A stretch of DNA of 64,000 bases from Prasinococcaceae sp. CCMP 1430 (Eukaryota > Plantae > Prasinodermophyta), in assembly GCA_013416795.1 (NCBI GenBank), contig RQSC01000032.1, positions 781,397-845,396 on the forward strand. Reading direction: 5' to 3'. Below, in pieces: positions 63,291-64,000 of this stretch (position 1 is its first letter; each line of letters starts with the position of its first letter). Position numbers and translations under genes: made by a program. Under the pieces are notes generated by a model that was given only the letters and a program-made list of their open reading frames with translations, had not been told where the DNA came from and searched no databases.

Positions 63291-64000
63291 CTACGCGGCC
63301 GCCTTCGCCGCGCTGGCCGCGTAGTTGGGCAGCTCGACGTCCGTGCGATCCTCGATGACCTGGATGCACTCGCTGACGCTCGCGCCGCGGTCCATCGCAA
63401 GAGCGAGCTCCTTGTGGACATCTTTGAACTCGCGCAGCAGCAGCACCGTCGCGAGCACCGCCCAGCGCACCTGCTTCGTAGCCTTCGACTGGTCGAAGCC
63501 GAGCGCCCTGAGCAGCCCGTCGAGCTGCGCGACGTCCGCGCTGCCGCCCTCCGCGCGCCCGAACGTCATCACCTCCGCCGCGATGCCCGCGAGCGCCACG
63601 CACGCGTACCTGTCGAGGTCGCTCGACTGCAGCTTTCCCTTGCTCACGGAGCGCTGGAAGTCGCCGTCGCAGAACAGGCAGCCCGCCTGCACGCGCAGCG
63701 CCCCGTACGTGCGCAGCGCGTCCCAACCGCTCAGCGTGTAGCCCCTCGGGAGGATGCCCACCAGGTACGCCACGAGGAAGTGGCCAGCCTCGTGCGCCGC
63801 GACGCGCTCGCGATAGCCACTCGCCGTGTAGCGCGCCAGCGAGTCGAGCACGAGCGCGCCGCCCGCCCCGCCGTAGGCCACCGTGTCGACGCCCAGCGCG
63901 AACAGGAAGGCGGAGCCGTCCACCGCAACCTGCTCGGGGGACAGGCCGAGCGCGACGGTCGCGCCCAGCGAGGCGGCCGCCAGCGAGTAGCCGATCGTGC
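63291..64000 (-). CDS. M41-like HExxH membrane protein (At5g27290 stress-regulated/VIR3-like); 5' end off window
   Basis: ERVAAHEAGHFLVAYLVGILPRGYTL, VALAGIAAE, AEGGSADVAQL, QVRWAVL, CIQVIED. Confidence 0.85.
   Translation of the reverse strand, partial: TIGYSLAAASLGATVALGLSPEQVAVDGSAFLFALGVDTVAYGGAGGALVLDSLARYTASGYRERVAAHEAGHFLVAYLVGILPRGYTLSGWDALRTYGALRVQAGCLFCDGDFQRSVSKGKLQSSDLDRYACVALAGIAAEVMTFGRAEGGSADVAQLDGLLRALGFDQSKATKQVRWAVLATVLLLREFKDVHKELALAMDRGASVSECIQVIEDRTDVELPNYAASAAKAAA

Noticed and set aside
1-64000. Hundreds of long overlapping or antisense ORFs in the ORF track (e.g. 21235-23013 -, 48118-50478 -, 57643-59653 +, 32870-34303 -)
   Set aside because: Expected shadow ORFs in high-GC DNA with biased codons; Arg/Ala/Pro-rich, no motifs, and opposite well-supported genes.

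Overview
Gene-dense nuclear DNA of a high-GC (about 70% by eye) early-diverging green alga. Evidence: GT-AG introns with GCTGAC-type branch points, TGTAA poly(A) signals after several stops, plastid and starch genes, and a P2X receptor. Prasinoderma-like is a guess only. About 35 protein-coding loci or fragments were identified; I saw no rRNA, tRNA, CRISPR array or recognisable transposon. The assembly is draft quality: single-N joins at 422, 1192, 39190, 46647 and 59654, orphan gene fragments beside three of them, and a few indels. Main hits, all by manual reading without database searches: (1) a spliced Ki-67-like protein with a Ki-67-type FHA, a KRVSF PP1-docking motif just past an exon junction, about 50 TPK repeats, an acidic region and a PHD finger; (2) a FrnE/DsbA-type selenoprotein missed by the ORF track, with in-frame TGA at the catalytic Cys position and a well-formed type II SECIS in its 3' UTR; (3) a 1892-aa OPR/RAP protein with no transit peptide, a PAM2-like motif and prion-like ends, suggesting a cytosolic role; (4) a SWC6-N/Ies6-C hybrid remodeller subunit; (5) a roughly 520-bp bacterial-like segment fused in frame to ABC1K6, which is either horizontal transfer or a misassembly.
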